Below are positions 47,918-57,527 of a stretch of DNA of 64,000 nt, in pieces. Source of the DNA: an uncultured Chloroflexia bacterium (GTDB lineage Bacteria; Chloroflexota; Limnocylindria; Limnocylindrales; CSP1-4); contig CAWBTQ010000003.1 of the NCBI GenBank assembly GCA_963791725.1, forward strand, positions 10,516 to 74,515, written 5' to 3'. Both the position numbers and the translations under genes were made by a program. The stretch's first letter is position 1, and every line of letters starts with the position of its first letter. The notes under the pieces were generated by a model. It was not told the DNA's origin. It searched no databases and worked only from the letters and a program-made list of their open reading frames with translations.

Positions 47918-50028
47918 GCGGCCCTTCGAATGGCGCCAACGGGCACGGCCCCGCGGCGGCGGATGGGCGGCCGGCCGGCATCCCGGGCGGGCTGGGCGGT
48001 CCAGGTTCCGGCAACGGTCGCCCGCCGGGCGCCGTCCCGGCCGGCGGGCCGGGCGGTCTGGGCGGCCCGGGCGGTCGCCGGCGCCCGGGTGGCGGCTTCG
48101 GCCCCATGGGCGGCCATGGCCTGGCGATGCCGGCCGAGAAGGCGCGCAACTTCCGCGGGACCTTCCGCCGGCTCCTGGGCGAGCTCCGCCCGGAACGCAA
48201 ATGGATCGTCGTGGTCGGCATCGTTGCCTTCTTCAGCACCGCCGGCCAGATCTTCGGGCCCAAGATCCTCGGCAACGCGATCAACAAGCTTCTCGACGGC
48301 GTGGTCGGCAGGTCGATGGCCCAGATGGGCGTCCCGACCAACCTCAACCATGACCAGGTCGTGGCCCTGCTGCGTCAGTCGCACAACCCCCTGGCGGACC
48401 TGGTGGCCGGCACCAACGCAGCGCCCGGCGTCGGCGTCGATTTCGGGGCGCTGGGCACGATTCTCCTTGGCCTGATCGGCCTGTACCTGGTCGCCACCTT
48501 CTTCAGCTGGGTGTCCTGGTACGTGATGGGCGGCGTCTCGCAGCGGACCGTGTACCGGCTTCGCCGCGACGTCGATCTCAAGCTCGCCCGACTCCCGCTC
48601 AAGTACTTCGACACGCACCAGCGCGGTGAGACCCTCAGCCGCGTTACCAACGATATCGACAATATCGCCGGCACTCTGCAGCAGAGCATGACCCAGATCA
48701 TCACTTCGGTCGCGACGATCATCGGGATCCTGGCGATGATGTTCTGGATCAGCCCGGTGCTGGCGCTGGTCTCGTTGCTCGTCATCCCGCTCGCCGCGGG
48801 TTCGACGATGCTCATCGCCAGACAATCGCAGAAACAATTCGCCGCCCAATGGGCAAGGACCGGCGTACTGAACGCCCACGTCGAGGAATCCCACACGGGA
48901 CATGCCATCGTCAAGGTCTTCGGCCATGAAGAGGACGCGATCCGTCAATTCGACGAGGAGAACGAGCGCGTCTTCCGGGCGAGTTTCCGGGCGCAGTTCA
49001 TCTCGGGCATCATCCAGCCGGTGATGGGGTTCATCAGCAACCTCAACTACGTCGCCATCGGCGTCCTCGGCGGGATGCAAGTGGCCAACGGAACCATGTC
49101 GCTCGGCGACGTCCAGGCTTTCATCCAGTACTCGCGCTCGTTCACGCAGCCGATCATGCAGACGGCGAGCATCGCCAACCTTCTGCAGTCGACCATGGCC
49201 TGCGCCGAGCGCGTCTTCGAGTTGCTCGACGAGCCGGAGGAAGAGCCGGACGCCGAACAGCCGGCCGTTCTCACGAATCCCACCGGCCACGTAACCCTGG
49301 AAGGCGTCTCGTTCCGCTATGAACCGGACAAGCCGCTCATCGACGACCTCAATGTCGACGTTCGGCCGGGCGAGGTGCTCGCCATCGTCGGACCCACTGG
49401 AGCCGGCAAGACCACAGTCGTCAACCTGCTGATGCGCTTCTACGAGATCGACGCCGGCGCGATCTGCGTCGACGGCATCAACATCCGCGACCTGACCCGC
49501 GACAACCTGCGCCGAACCTTCGGCATGGTCCTCCAGGACACGTGGCTCTTCGGCGGCACGATCCGGGAGAACATCGCCTACGGGCGGGAGAACGCGACCG
49601 AAGAGGAAATCGTGGAGGCTGCCAAGGCCGCGCACGTGGACCATTTCGTCCGCACCCTGCCGCTCGGATACGACACCGTGATCGACGACGAAGCCTCCAA
49701 CCTGTCGGCGGGTGAGAAACAGCTTCTGACCATCGCGCGGGCCTTCCTGGCCGACCCGGAGATCCTGATCCTCGACGAGGCCACGAGTTCGGTAGACACG
49801 CGCACCGAGATCCTCGTCCAGAAGGCCATGGCACGGCTCATGAAGGGCCGCACGGCGTTCGTCATCGCCCACCGTCTCTCCACGATCCGCAACGCAGACG
49901 AGATCCTGGTGATGAACCACGGCAAGATCGTCGAGCAAGGCAGCCACGACGAGCTACTCGCCCGCCACGGCTTCTACTACGACCTGTACAACTCGCAGTT
50001 CGAAGAGGCGATCGCGGAAGCGGTCTAG
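47914..50028 (+). CDS. ABC exporter, fused permease + ATPase, with ~60-aa Gly/Pro-rich N-terminal extension
   Basis: The start overlaps the partner stop (ATGA). Walker A GPTGAGKTT, signature LSAGEKQLLTIAR, Walker B ILILDEATSSVD. Confidence 0.9.
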   Translation: MSGPSNGANGHGPAAADGRPAGIPGGLGGPGSGNGRPPGAVPAGGPGGLGGPGGRRRPGGGFGPMGGHGLAMPAEKARNFRGTFRRLLGELRPERKWIVVVGIVAFFSTAGQIFGPKILGNAINKLLDGVVGRSMAQMGVPTNLNHDQVVALLRQSHNPLADLVAGTNAAPGVGVDFGALGTILLGLIGLYLVATFFSWVSWYVMGGVSQRTVYRLRRDVDLKLARLPLKYFDTHQRGETLSRVTNDIDNIAGTLQQSMTQIITSVATIIGILAMMFWISPVLALVSLLVIPLAAGSTMLIARQSQKQFAAQWARTGVLNAHVEESHTGHAIVKVFGHEEDAIRQFDEENERVFRASFRAQFISGIIQPVMGFISNLNYVAIGVLGGMQVANGTMSLGDVQAFIQYSRSFTQPIMQTASIANLLQSTMACAERVFELLDEPEEEPDAEQPAVLTNPTGHVTLEGVSFRYEPDKPLIDDLNVDVRPGEVLAIVGPTGAGKTTVVNLLMRFYEIDAGAICVDGINIRDLTRDNLRRTFGMVLQDTWLFGGTIRENIAYGRENATEEEIVEAAKAAHVDHFVRTLPLGYDTVIDDEASNLSAGEKQLLTIARAFLADPEILILDEATSSVDTRTEILVQKAMARLMKGRTAFVIAHRLSTIRNADEILVMNHGKIVEQGSHDELLARHGFYYDLYNSQFEEAIAEAV

Positions 50029-50054
50029 CCGAGTCGGCGAGTCGATGGCCGTAA

Positions 50055-50081
50055 CGAGGGCCGGGCAATGCCCGGCCCTCG
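50055..50081 (+). terminator. perfect 11-bp-stem hairpin 27 nt after the ABC stop; putative intrinsic terminator
   Basis: CGAGGGCCGGG-caatg-CCCGGCCCTCG followed by tcgattcgtg. Confidence 0.55.
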
Positions 50082-50154
50082 TCGATTCGTGTCCCGGGGT
50101 GGGCCGGCACCGGGGCCGGTCCAACGGCCCAGCCACGACCCAAGCCCAGGTCCT

Positions 50155-50308
50155 GGGGCGGAGCCACGGCCGGTACCACGGGGCGGAGCCACGGCCGGTA
50201 CCCCGGGGCGGAGCCACGGCCGGTACCACGGGGCGGAGCCACGGCCGGTACCACGGGGCGGAGCCACGGCCGGTACCCCGGGGCGGAGCCACGGCCGGTA
50301 CCCCGGGG
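50155..50308. repeat. 25-bp tandem repeat, 6 copies, intergenic
   Basis: Unit GGGGCGGAGCCACGGCCGGTACC(A/C)C repeated head-to-tail. The period is not a multiple of 3, so every frame and strand reads a spurious ORF through it. Confidence 0.8.
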
Positions 50309-50566
50309 CGGCCGATGTCCAGGGCGGAATTTCCCTGTACGCATGGGCAGAGTACTTGGGACGTGCGCTGGCGCGGTTTCGTGCGCGGGCGCCTCGCGAA
50401 GACGGATTCTGGCCCCGAATCGACCAGTCAGCGCCCGAAGATCGAAATTCAGGGCCCGAATCGGCCCGTCCGACGGCCTCTAGACGTGATCCGGGGCTCC
50501 ACCGGTGGAAGTTTCGGGCCCGACAGCGGAGAGCATTCCATAACACTCCACGGATGCGTACAAGGA

Positions 50567-50631
50567 AGAAGCGGCGCTCGCCGTCGCTTCTGGTTTTGCG
50601 AAGCGGCCGCTCGCCGTCGCTTCTGGTTCGG
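50567..50631 (+). repeat. duplicated stem-loop (2 x ~32 bp) 100 bp upstream of the LLM gene; copy 1 ends in a T-tract (terminator/attenuator-like)
   Basis: AGAAGCGgcgctcgccgtCGCTTCTggtttt then GAAGCGgccgctcgccgtCGCTTCTggttcgg. Confidence 0.45.
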
Positions 50632-50723
50632 ACTCGGCGCGTCGGCCCTACCGGGGACGCCGTGCTGGTCTCGGCCGTCGGCTCCCCGGCGCCGGACCAT
50701 GTGGGTCGGAGTAATCTCCGCGA

Positions 50724-51647
50724 ATGCATCCGTTTCGGTTCGGCGTCCAGCAGGCATCGGCCCGGAGCGGCGATGCCTGGGCAGCCCTCGCGCGCCGGGT
50801 GGAGGCACTCGGTTACGACATCCTGGTGATGCCCGACCACCTGGGCCACCAGCTCTCGCCCTTCGCGGCGCTGGCCGCTGCCGCGGCGGCAACGAGTAGG
50901 CTGCGCATCGGCGTCTTCGTGTTCGCGAACGACTACCGCCACCCGCTCCTGCTCGCGCGTGAGGCCGCCACCCTGGAACTCCTCTCCGGCGGGCGGTTCG
51001 AGATGGGGCTCGGAGCGGGTTGGATGACCGGGGACTACCGCGCGCTCGGCATGGCCTACGACCCCAGTCCGCGTAGGGTGGACCGGCTCGAGGAGGCGAT
51101 CCCGCTGATCAAGCGACTGCTCGCCGGGGAGACTGTCAGCCACCAAGGAAGGCACTACCAGCTCGACCGGGCATCCGTCGGCGTGGAGCCGGTGCAGAAG
51201 CCGCGACCGCCGCTGGCCATCGGCGGGGGCGGGCCAAGGATGCTCAAGCTCGCGGCTCGCGAAGCCGAGATCGTCGGCCTCGTGCCCGGCTTCGACGCCA
51301 ACGGCCGTATCCGCGTTCGCCAGGCCACGGAAACGGCCACGGTCGAGAAGATCGCACATATTCGGACGGCCGCCGGCGACCGACTCGAGCGCCTCGAGAT
51401 CAACCTCTGGCTCGGTGACGCCGGCCTCGTCGGCAGCGGCAACTCTCTTCCCGGGTCGGTCTGGGCCGGCGCGCGTTGGGCATCCACCTCTCTGTACGGC
51501 AGCCCATACGTCCTGTACGGAACCCTCGCCTCGGTGCGCGAGAAGCTTCTGAGGCGCCGCGATCGGCTCGGCATCAGCTACTACACGGTCCCGGCCCACG
51601 CCATGGAATCGATGGCGCCGCTGGTCGAGGCGCTGGCGGGTCGGTAA
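50724..51647 (+). CDS. LLM-class (luciferase-like monooxygenase) F420-dependent oxidoreductase
   Basis: 307 aa. TIM-barrel LLM pattern (LGYDILVMPDHLG, RLRIGVFVFANDYRHP, ELLSGGRFEMGLGAGW). Confidence 0.85.
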   Translation: MHPFRFGVQQASARSGDAWAALARRVEALGYDILVMPDHLGHQLSPFAALAAAAAATSRLRIGVFVFANDYRHPLLLAREAATLELLSGGRFEMGLGAGWMTGDYRALGMAYDPSPRRVDRLEEAIPLIKRLLAGETVSHQGRHYQLDRASVGVEPVQKPRPPLAIGGGGPRMLKLAAREAEIVGLVPGFDANGRIRVRQATETATVEKIAHIRTAAGDRLERLEINLWLGDAGLVGSGNSLPGSVWAGARWASTSLYGSPYVLYGTLASVREKLLRRRDRLGISYYTVPAHAMESMAPLVEALAGR

Positions 51648-51659
51648 GGCCGGCCCGCG

Positions 51660-51795
51660 AGGCCACTCGCAGGGCCACCTGCGGGGCCACGGGGGCCGCA
51701 GGGCGACGGCGCATGCGGCTCGGCGGACCCCCACGGGGCCACCTGCGGGGCCACGGGGGCCACCTGCGGTGCCACGGGGCGAGGCCACGGGCGGC
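51660..51795. repeat. degenerate GC-rich tandem repeats (GGCCACCTGCGGGGCCACGGGGG, 3-4 copies), sharing a CCACGGGG core with the 50155 repeat
   Basis: Seen at 51678-51701 and twice within 51730-51775. Confidence 0.5.
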
Positions 51796-51849
51796 CAGGC
51801 GGCGCGTTCCGGCGCAGCGCGACACCCCGCCCGGCATTACTCTGCCGCC

Positions 51850-53024
51850 ATGAGTGACTCCGACCGGCATGTCCCCCTACGTAGATACACCGAACGTCTG
51901 GCGGCCTGCCGCGAGGCCATCGCCGCGCACGGGTTCGAGGCGCTTCTGATTGGAGTTGGGCCCGACCTGCGGTACCTGACCGGGTTCGTGGGTGAGCCGA
52001 TGGAGCGCCTCACGTTGCTGATTGTCCCGAGCGACGGGCCGGTCTCGTTCGTCGTGCCCCACCTCGAGGCATCGAAGGCCCAGTCGACGCCGCTCGTCCG
52101 CGACGGCGCTGCGGAGGTAGTCGCTTTCGAGGAGACCGACGACGCCGCCGCGCGCGTCGCGGAACTGCTCCGCCATTCCATTCGTGGCCCGGCAAGGCCT
52201 CGCCGGGCAACCGATGGGGCTTTCGGACCGGCTCTGGGCGATGCATGTGCTCCGGCTCCAGAGTGCGTTGCCGGACCGGCGCTTCGAGCCCGCGAGCACC
52301 GTCCTCCGCGAGCTGCGAGAGGTGAAGGATGCGGACGAGACCCGGCTCCTCCGACTCGCGGCGCGAAGCGGCCGATCGGACGGTCGACGCGATCGCCGGG
52401 GGCCGGCTCGTGGGTCGAACGGAAGCCGAGATAAGCCGGGAGATCCGCGGGCGGCTCATCGATGAAGGGCACGATCTGGCCGATTTCGCGATCGTAGGTT
52501 CCGGGCCGAACGGCGCCTCGCCCCATCACGACGCAGGGGACCGCGAGGTCGCGGCCGGCGAGCCGGTCGTCCTGGACCTGGGTGGCAGTCTAGCCGGTTA
52601 CGAAAGCGACACGACCCGCACGATTTGGGTGGCCGGTGAGGCGGGTGTGCAACCCGAACCGGAGTTCACGTTGGTCTACGACCTGGTGCGCGACGCACAG
52701 GCGGCGGCCACAGCCGCCGTCGAACCCGACGTCGCAGCGGAGCAGATCGACGCGGCCGCTCGCCGTGTCATCGAGGCCGGTGGCTACGGCGGATACTTCA
52801 CCCACCGCGTCGGACATGGAATAGGTCTCGAAACCCATGAAGACCCCTACATGGTGGCGGGAAATCTCACCAGGCTCCGACCCGGGATGGCCTTCAGCGT
52901 GGAGCCAGGGATTTACCTGCCGGGCCGGTGGGGCGTCCGCCTGGAGAACATCGTCGTCTGCACCCCGACCGGCGCGGACGTCCTCAATCGTTCGAGCCTC
53001 AACCTTCGGGTAGTCCGGGGCTGA
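51850..53024 (+). pseudogene. second M24-family Xaa-Pro dipeptidase, split into three frames by two 1-nt frameshifts (near 52190 and 52365)
   Basis: Frame 1: creatinase-N part MSDSDRHVPLRRYTERLAACREAIAAHGFEALLIG.... Frame 2: ...ASTVLRELREVKDADETRLLRLAA. Frame 0: EAADRTVDAIAGGRLVGRTEAEISREI...HRVGHGIGLETHEDPY...SVEPGIYLPGRWGVRLENIVV. Confidence 0.7.
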
Positions 53025-53148
53025 TCTAACGGGGGCTTCCCGTAGCCCAAATGGCGTCTGGTAGGCGCGAGAGACCGGCGCTAGCATCTTCTGTGATCGA
53101 TCTGCCGCAAGTGCAGACTCGGGTGGGGACGGCGGCCGGGGAGGTTCC

Positions 53149-54367
53149 GATGGCTTCGTGGCGCAGGGCTTACGGGCGGCTGGGGGCCTTGGCCCTGGCA
53201 CTCGTCTTCGTGGCCGGCTGCAGCAGCTCCGGCGCAACCTTCCCCCACACGCTTCGCTCGGGCGAGGCCTCGGCATCGGCTGGTCCGCTCGCCTCCGGCG
53301 TTCACGTCGTCGTGCCCGGAACGTCGGGCGGCGGTGCATCCCAGGCCCCGGCATCGGGCGCTCCCAGGGCCACGGCCGGCGCCGTAACCGTCGACCAGAT
53401 CACGGCCGACTACACGTACAAGGATGAGCTGATCACCCCCATCGCCCACCTCTATGGAACGTTCCTGGACGACTTCGTCATCGTCACGATCGCCAACAAG
53501 AACTCGTCGGCCGTGAAGGTCGTGGTCACCAGCCAGATCAGCGGCTACACCGACATGGCCACCGACACGGTCACCGTCAGTGCCAACGGATCTGAAGAGA
53601 TACGCCAGAACCCACGGCTTACCACCGCCGCTATCGACGGCCTCAACAGCGAACATCGGGCAGACCTGCAGGTGACCGTCGCTTACCTCGACAACGGCCA
53701 GCCGCGGACGATTCTCGACCAGACCAACCAGACCCTCATCACGTCCCGGCGCGACTTTCCCTGGAGCATCAAGGGGTTCACCCAGCAGGAGAACTACGAC
53801 CTCATCACGGCCATGGTCACGCCGACCGACCCGTCGGTGGAGAACCTGATCCGCGCCGCTGCCAACTACGATCCGACAGGCGCGATGACCAGCGGCTATG
53901 ACGCCCAGAATGACGACAACGGCACCGTCTGGCAGCGGATGGACGACGTCTGGCAGGCCGAGGCGGCCGACTTCAAGCTGACCTACATCAGCACGCCGAT
54001 AACCTTCGCGTCCGGCTCGTCGCAGCGGATCCGACTGCCGGGCGAGGTCCTCGACACGAGCAGCGGCAACTGCATCGAGCTGACGCTGCTGTATGCGTCG
54101 GTGGTGGAAGCGCTGGGCATGCAGCCCGCGCTCGTCATAGTCCCCGGCCACGCCTACGTGGCTGTCCGGCTCGACGACACCAACGACTCCTACTACTTCA
54201 TCGAGACGACCATGATCGGTCAGGCAACCTTCAAGCAGTCCGTGACCGAGGGCATCACGGAGTGGAGCGATGCCCAACCTCACGTCAACGCGGCCGAGGC
54301 GGATTACGGCTGGGTCGACATCGCCACGCAGCGCCAGAACGGCATAGATCCGATCCCCTGGCGCTGA
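53149..54367 (+). CDS. lipoprotein with C-terminal transglutaminase-like (Cys-His) core
   Basis: Start MASWRRAYGRLGALALALVFVAGC (GGGGAGG 5 nt upstream). C-terminus SGNCIELTLLYASVVEALGMQPALVIVPGHAYVAV resembles the transglutaminase/cysteine-peptidase core. Confidence 0.55.
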
Positions 54368-54432
54368 CTCGAGATCGGCGCCTATCCGATCGGGACGCGT
54401 CCCGGCCGATCCGGTTGTGGCGCATGGCTCGA

Positions 54433-55416
54433 TCAGCCGATGACCCCGTCCGGCATTGTCGACTGGCTGGGCTCGCCCGTGCCCGGCGGGCAACGTCGGG
54501 CCAGGTCTTCGAGGATCGCCCGGCGGTCGTCTGCGTCGAGGTCGGCGCCCCAGAGGGAGGCGTCCCTGCCCCAGATCGCCCGGGCTGCCGCCAGCCCGTC
54601 GGGGCCCAGCGCCTCGAACTCGTACGACTCGATCCAGGAGCGGCCGGCTTTGCGCTCCTTGAGCCAGCTGTCGGCTGAGGTCTTGAGGATCGCTATGAAA
54701 TCGGCCGTATCGCTTCGCCGAAACTGGGTCAACGAGCCCTTCAGCTTCTTGAACTCGGCCATCGAGTCGCGTGACCGATCTCCGGCTCCATGCTCCATCA
54801 TGCGGCCGAAGGTCCGGTAGAGCAGCCACCGGAACGTCGCCTCATCCGGATCGAAGTCGGGCGCCGGCATCGCGTCGGGCCATGCCCTCCTGCCGATCTC
54901 ATCGAGTCGGATAGAGCGGCGACCGGCCTCGTTCCAGGACTCTTCCCCGGCGATCAGGTCGTTCAGCTCAGCCATCATCAGGTCGCATAGCTCGGCGTTC
55001 TGCGGCGCCCTCAGAGCTGCGATGCGCTCGATCTCGGCCCGCAGCCGAAGCGGATGGACGGAGGTCGGGTCTTCCCGAACGAGGTTCGACAGCCTGGCTG
55101 TCTCGATCTTCGCCCGCCGCAGCTCCCAGGTTCGCTCGAGCCCACCCAGCCGGATGATCCATCGAACCGGGACCAGCATCATGGCCACGATCAACGCGAC
55201 CAGCCCGAGGATGGTTGCCGCCCGCTCCCCTCCGGGCTGTGCTAAGGCGACAGGGATCAGGACCCAGGCCAGGGCGATGACGATGCCCCAGCGGGCCGAA
55301 TTGAGGATCTGGGTGCGCGGCCTGGCGTGGGCCTCGGTCAGGCCGATCTCCTCGAATCGGAACATCAAGATCGAGACCAGGGTCAGGCCCGCGGCCGCCA
55401 ACACTGCCGCGTTCAT
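54433..55416 (-). CDS. hypothetical membrane protein (3 N-terminal TM + cytoplasmic helical domain)
   Basis: 327 aa. No recognisable motif. Confidence 0.5.
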   Translation of the reverse strand: MNAAVLAAAGLTLVSILMFRFEEIGLTEAHARPRTQILNSARWGIVIALAWVLIPVALAQPGGERAATILGLVALIVAMMLVPVRWIIRLGGLERTWELRRAKIETARLSNLVREDPTSVHPLRLRAEIERIAALRAPQNAELCDLMMAELNDLIAGEESWNEAGRRSIRLDEIGRRAWPDAMPAPDFDPDEATFRWLLYRTFGRMMEHGAGDRSRDSMAEFKKLKGSLTQFRRSDTADFIAILKTSADSWLKERKAGRSWIESYEFEALGPDGLAAARAIWGRDASLWGADLDADDRRAILEDLARRCPPGTGEPSQSTMPDGVIG

Positions 55417-55505
55417 CGCTCGCGACCTCCCGCGCCCCGTCGCATTTGACGATACCTCCGGCTGTCCGAGCGAAGGTTAGCGATCGGGCCGGCCGGCGCC
55501 AACGG

Positions 55506-56042
55506 TCATGCGACCGGGCGTGAACGGCGGGCCGCGGCGAGAGCTCGCTCCGCCTGGGCGCGGTGGATCCGACCGTGTCCGGCCTGGACGCGGAAGATCA
55601 GTTCGTAGGATTCGGGTCCGCGCTCCGCATGCAGCCCGATGCGGCCTCGATCGGCGACAGGGGTGCGATGCCACAGGGCAAGGTTGGCGCGCCGCAGCGC
55701 GCCGAAGAAGTCGAGCAGCGCATCCGGGTCGTCGGCTGAATGATCCAGGCGGGCAGCCCACGCTTCCTGGTCGAACCCGACGAGCGGCGGCTCGTGCTCG
55801 GAAAGGATCCAGCGGTAGCGTGCGGAGGTGACCAGCTCCGAGTCGGTCAGATGCCCCAGGCACTCAAGAACAGACCATTCCCCTTCCTCGGGGCGCGTCC
55901 GCATGTGTGGTCCAGCCTGATCGATCAGGCGGCGCCACAACTCCGGCTCCATCTCCTGGACTGCGACCGGATCGTCATCGCCGACAGCGTCCAGCATGGT
56001 CTGCCGATAGGCATTGGCCTCCTCGGGCGACATCACGGTCAT
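55506..56042 (-). CDS. DinB_2/DUF664-like (mycothiol-dependent isomerase N-terminal-like) four-helix-bundle protein
   Basis: Start MTVMSPEE. Motif WSVLECLGHLTDSE typical of the DinB/YfiT-like family. Confidence 0.6.
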   Translation of the reverse strand: MTVMSPEEANAYRQTMLDAVGDDDPVAVQEMEPELWRRLIDQAGPHMRTRPEEGEWSVLECLGHLTDSELVTSARYRWILSEHEPPLVGFDQEAWAARLDHSADDPDALLDFFGALRRANLALWHRTPVADRGRIGLHAERGPESYELIFRVQAGHGRIHRAQAERALAAARRSRPVA

Positions 56043-56149
56043 CTCGCAACTCCTCGGGCGACGCCGCGGCGGCATGGCGGCGAATCAGCGGTGGGTACAG
56101 CGTAGCGCCGCCTGGCGCCACGGGCGGACGATGGCTCATTCCGTGCGGG

Positions 56150-57379
56150 CTAGGGCTCGTAGATCTCGACGCTGCGGGCATCGGCGCCCGAACCCCCGCC
56201 GGCCATCAGGACGCTTCCGTCCTGCAGGAGCGTGGCGGTGGTAAGGCCTGCCCGGACTGCGTTCATCTGGCCGGTCGGGGCGAACGTGCCGGCCGTCGGG
56301 TCGTAAAGCTCGGCCGACATGTCGTAGCCCCCGGCGACCAGGACGTGCCCGTCGCGCAGGAGCGTGGCCGTCATGCCGTCTCGAGCGGCGATCATGGATC
56401 CGGTGGCGGTGAAGGCCAGCGTGGCCGGATCGAAGATCTCGGCCGAGGCCATGGGCTTCTCGTATACGGGACTGCTGTTGCCACCCACGATCAGCGCCCG
56501 GCCGTCTCGGAGGGTGACCACCGCGGGAAGCAGCCGACCCGCCTGCATCGAACCGGCGGTCTCGAAGGCACCGGCCGTCGGGTCGTAGACCTCGGCTGAA
56601 CCGAACAGGCTCGGGCCGGCGCAACAGCCACCGACGACGAGGACTCGGCCGTCGGCGAGTTTGGTCGCACCGAAGCTGTCGCGAGCCTGGAGCATCGATC
56701 CCGTTGCCGTGAACCTGCCGGAGGTTGGGTCGTACAACTCGGCCGCGGCAAGGGTGGTGCCTTCGGCGTCATGACCGCCCAACACTAGAACGTCGCCGTT
56801 TCCCAGAAGGAAAGACCTCCCCCCGGCCCGTGCGGTCAGCATCGATCCGGTGGCCGTGAAGTCGTTCGTGTCCGGATCGAATAGCTCTGCCGATGCCTGC
56901 GCGACCGAGCCGGTGTCCGCACCGCCCGCGACCAGGGCGCGGCCATCCTGGAGCAACGCAACGCTGGGATCGAGCCGCGGCGCCGTCATCGGCCCCGTAT
57001 CCGTGTAAACGCCGGTCCGGGGATCGAACGTCTCGGCCGTGGCCAGGGCCGCGCTCGAATCGTCTCGGCCGCCCACCAGCAGCACGCGGCCGTCCTTGAG
57101 CAGAACGGCATTCAGACGAGCGGCCTGCATCGAACCGGCGGGCGTGAAGATGCCGGGACCGGCCGGTGTCGGAGAGGCGGAGGGAGCTGCCGCCGGGCTC
57201 GCCGTCGCCGACGGCGTGGCGGCGACCGGCGTCCGCGTCGCGTATGCGGTGGGCGTAGGAAGTCCGCTACCACAGCCGGCGAGAACCAGAAGCAGGAGCA
57301 GCGTCGCACCAGACGGCGGCGCCGCGCCCCGCCGCGCCCCGGCTTTGAGCCCGACCCGGCCCCCGCGAGATCCCCGCAT
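56150..57379 (-). CDS. Kelch-repeat beta-propeller lipoprotein
   Basis: Lipobox LVLAGCG. Six or more repeats of the form DGRVLVVGG...AELYDP... (Kelch motif). Confidence 0.75.
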   Translation of the reverse strand: MRGSRGGRVGLKAGARRGAAPPSGATLLLLLVLAGCGSGLPTPTAYATRTPVAATPSATASPAAAPSASPTPAGPGIFTPAGSMQAARLNAVLLKDGRVLLVGGRDDSSAALATAETFDPRTGVYTDTGPMTAPRLDPSVALLQDGRALVAGGADTGSVAQASAELFDPDTNDFTATGSMLTARAGGRSFLLGNGDVLVLGGHDAEGTTLAAAELYDPTSGRFTATGSMLQARDSFGATKLADGRVLVVGGCCAGPSLFGSAEVYDPTAGAFETAGSMQAGRLLPAVVTLRDGRALIVGGNSSPVYEKPMASAEIFDPATLAFTATGSMIAARDGMTATLLRDGHVLVAGGYDMSAELYDPTAGTFAPTGQMNAVRAGLTTATLLQDGSVLMAGGGSGADARSVEIYEP

Positions 57380-57527
57380 CCGAGCCTCCGAGAACGCCGC
57401 CGGCCAGGACCTATCGGTTCCACGTCCGGTAGATAGCGCGCAGCCCCTCCGCCGATTAGTCTAGGCAGGCCGACGCCCACAGGCGAGGCCCAGACCGAGG
57501 CTCGGTCCGCTCAGGTCAGCCTGTCCG

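Noticed and set aside
47884-49947. 687-aa antisense ORF across the second ABC exporter
   Set aside because: No domain signal. Antisense to a gene with intact Walker A, signature and Walker B motifs.
50155-50308. Possible CRISPR array (regular short repeats)
   Set aside because: Units abut head-to-tail with no unique spacers. The period is 25 bp and no cas genes are nearby. This is a simple tandem repeat.
53081-54829. 582-aa antisense ORF over the transglutaminase-like lipoprotein
   Set aside because: Low-complexity Arg/Gly/Asp-rich read. Antisense to an ORF with a signal peptide and conserved core.
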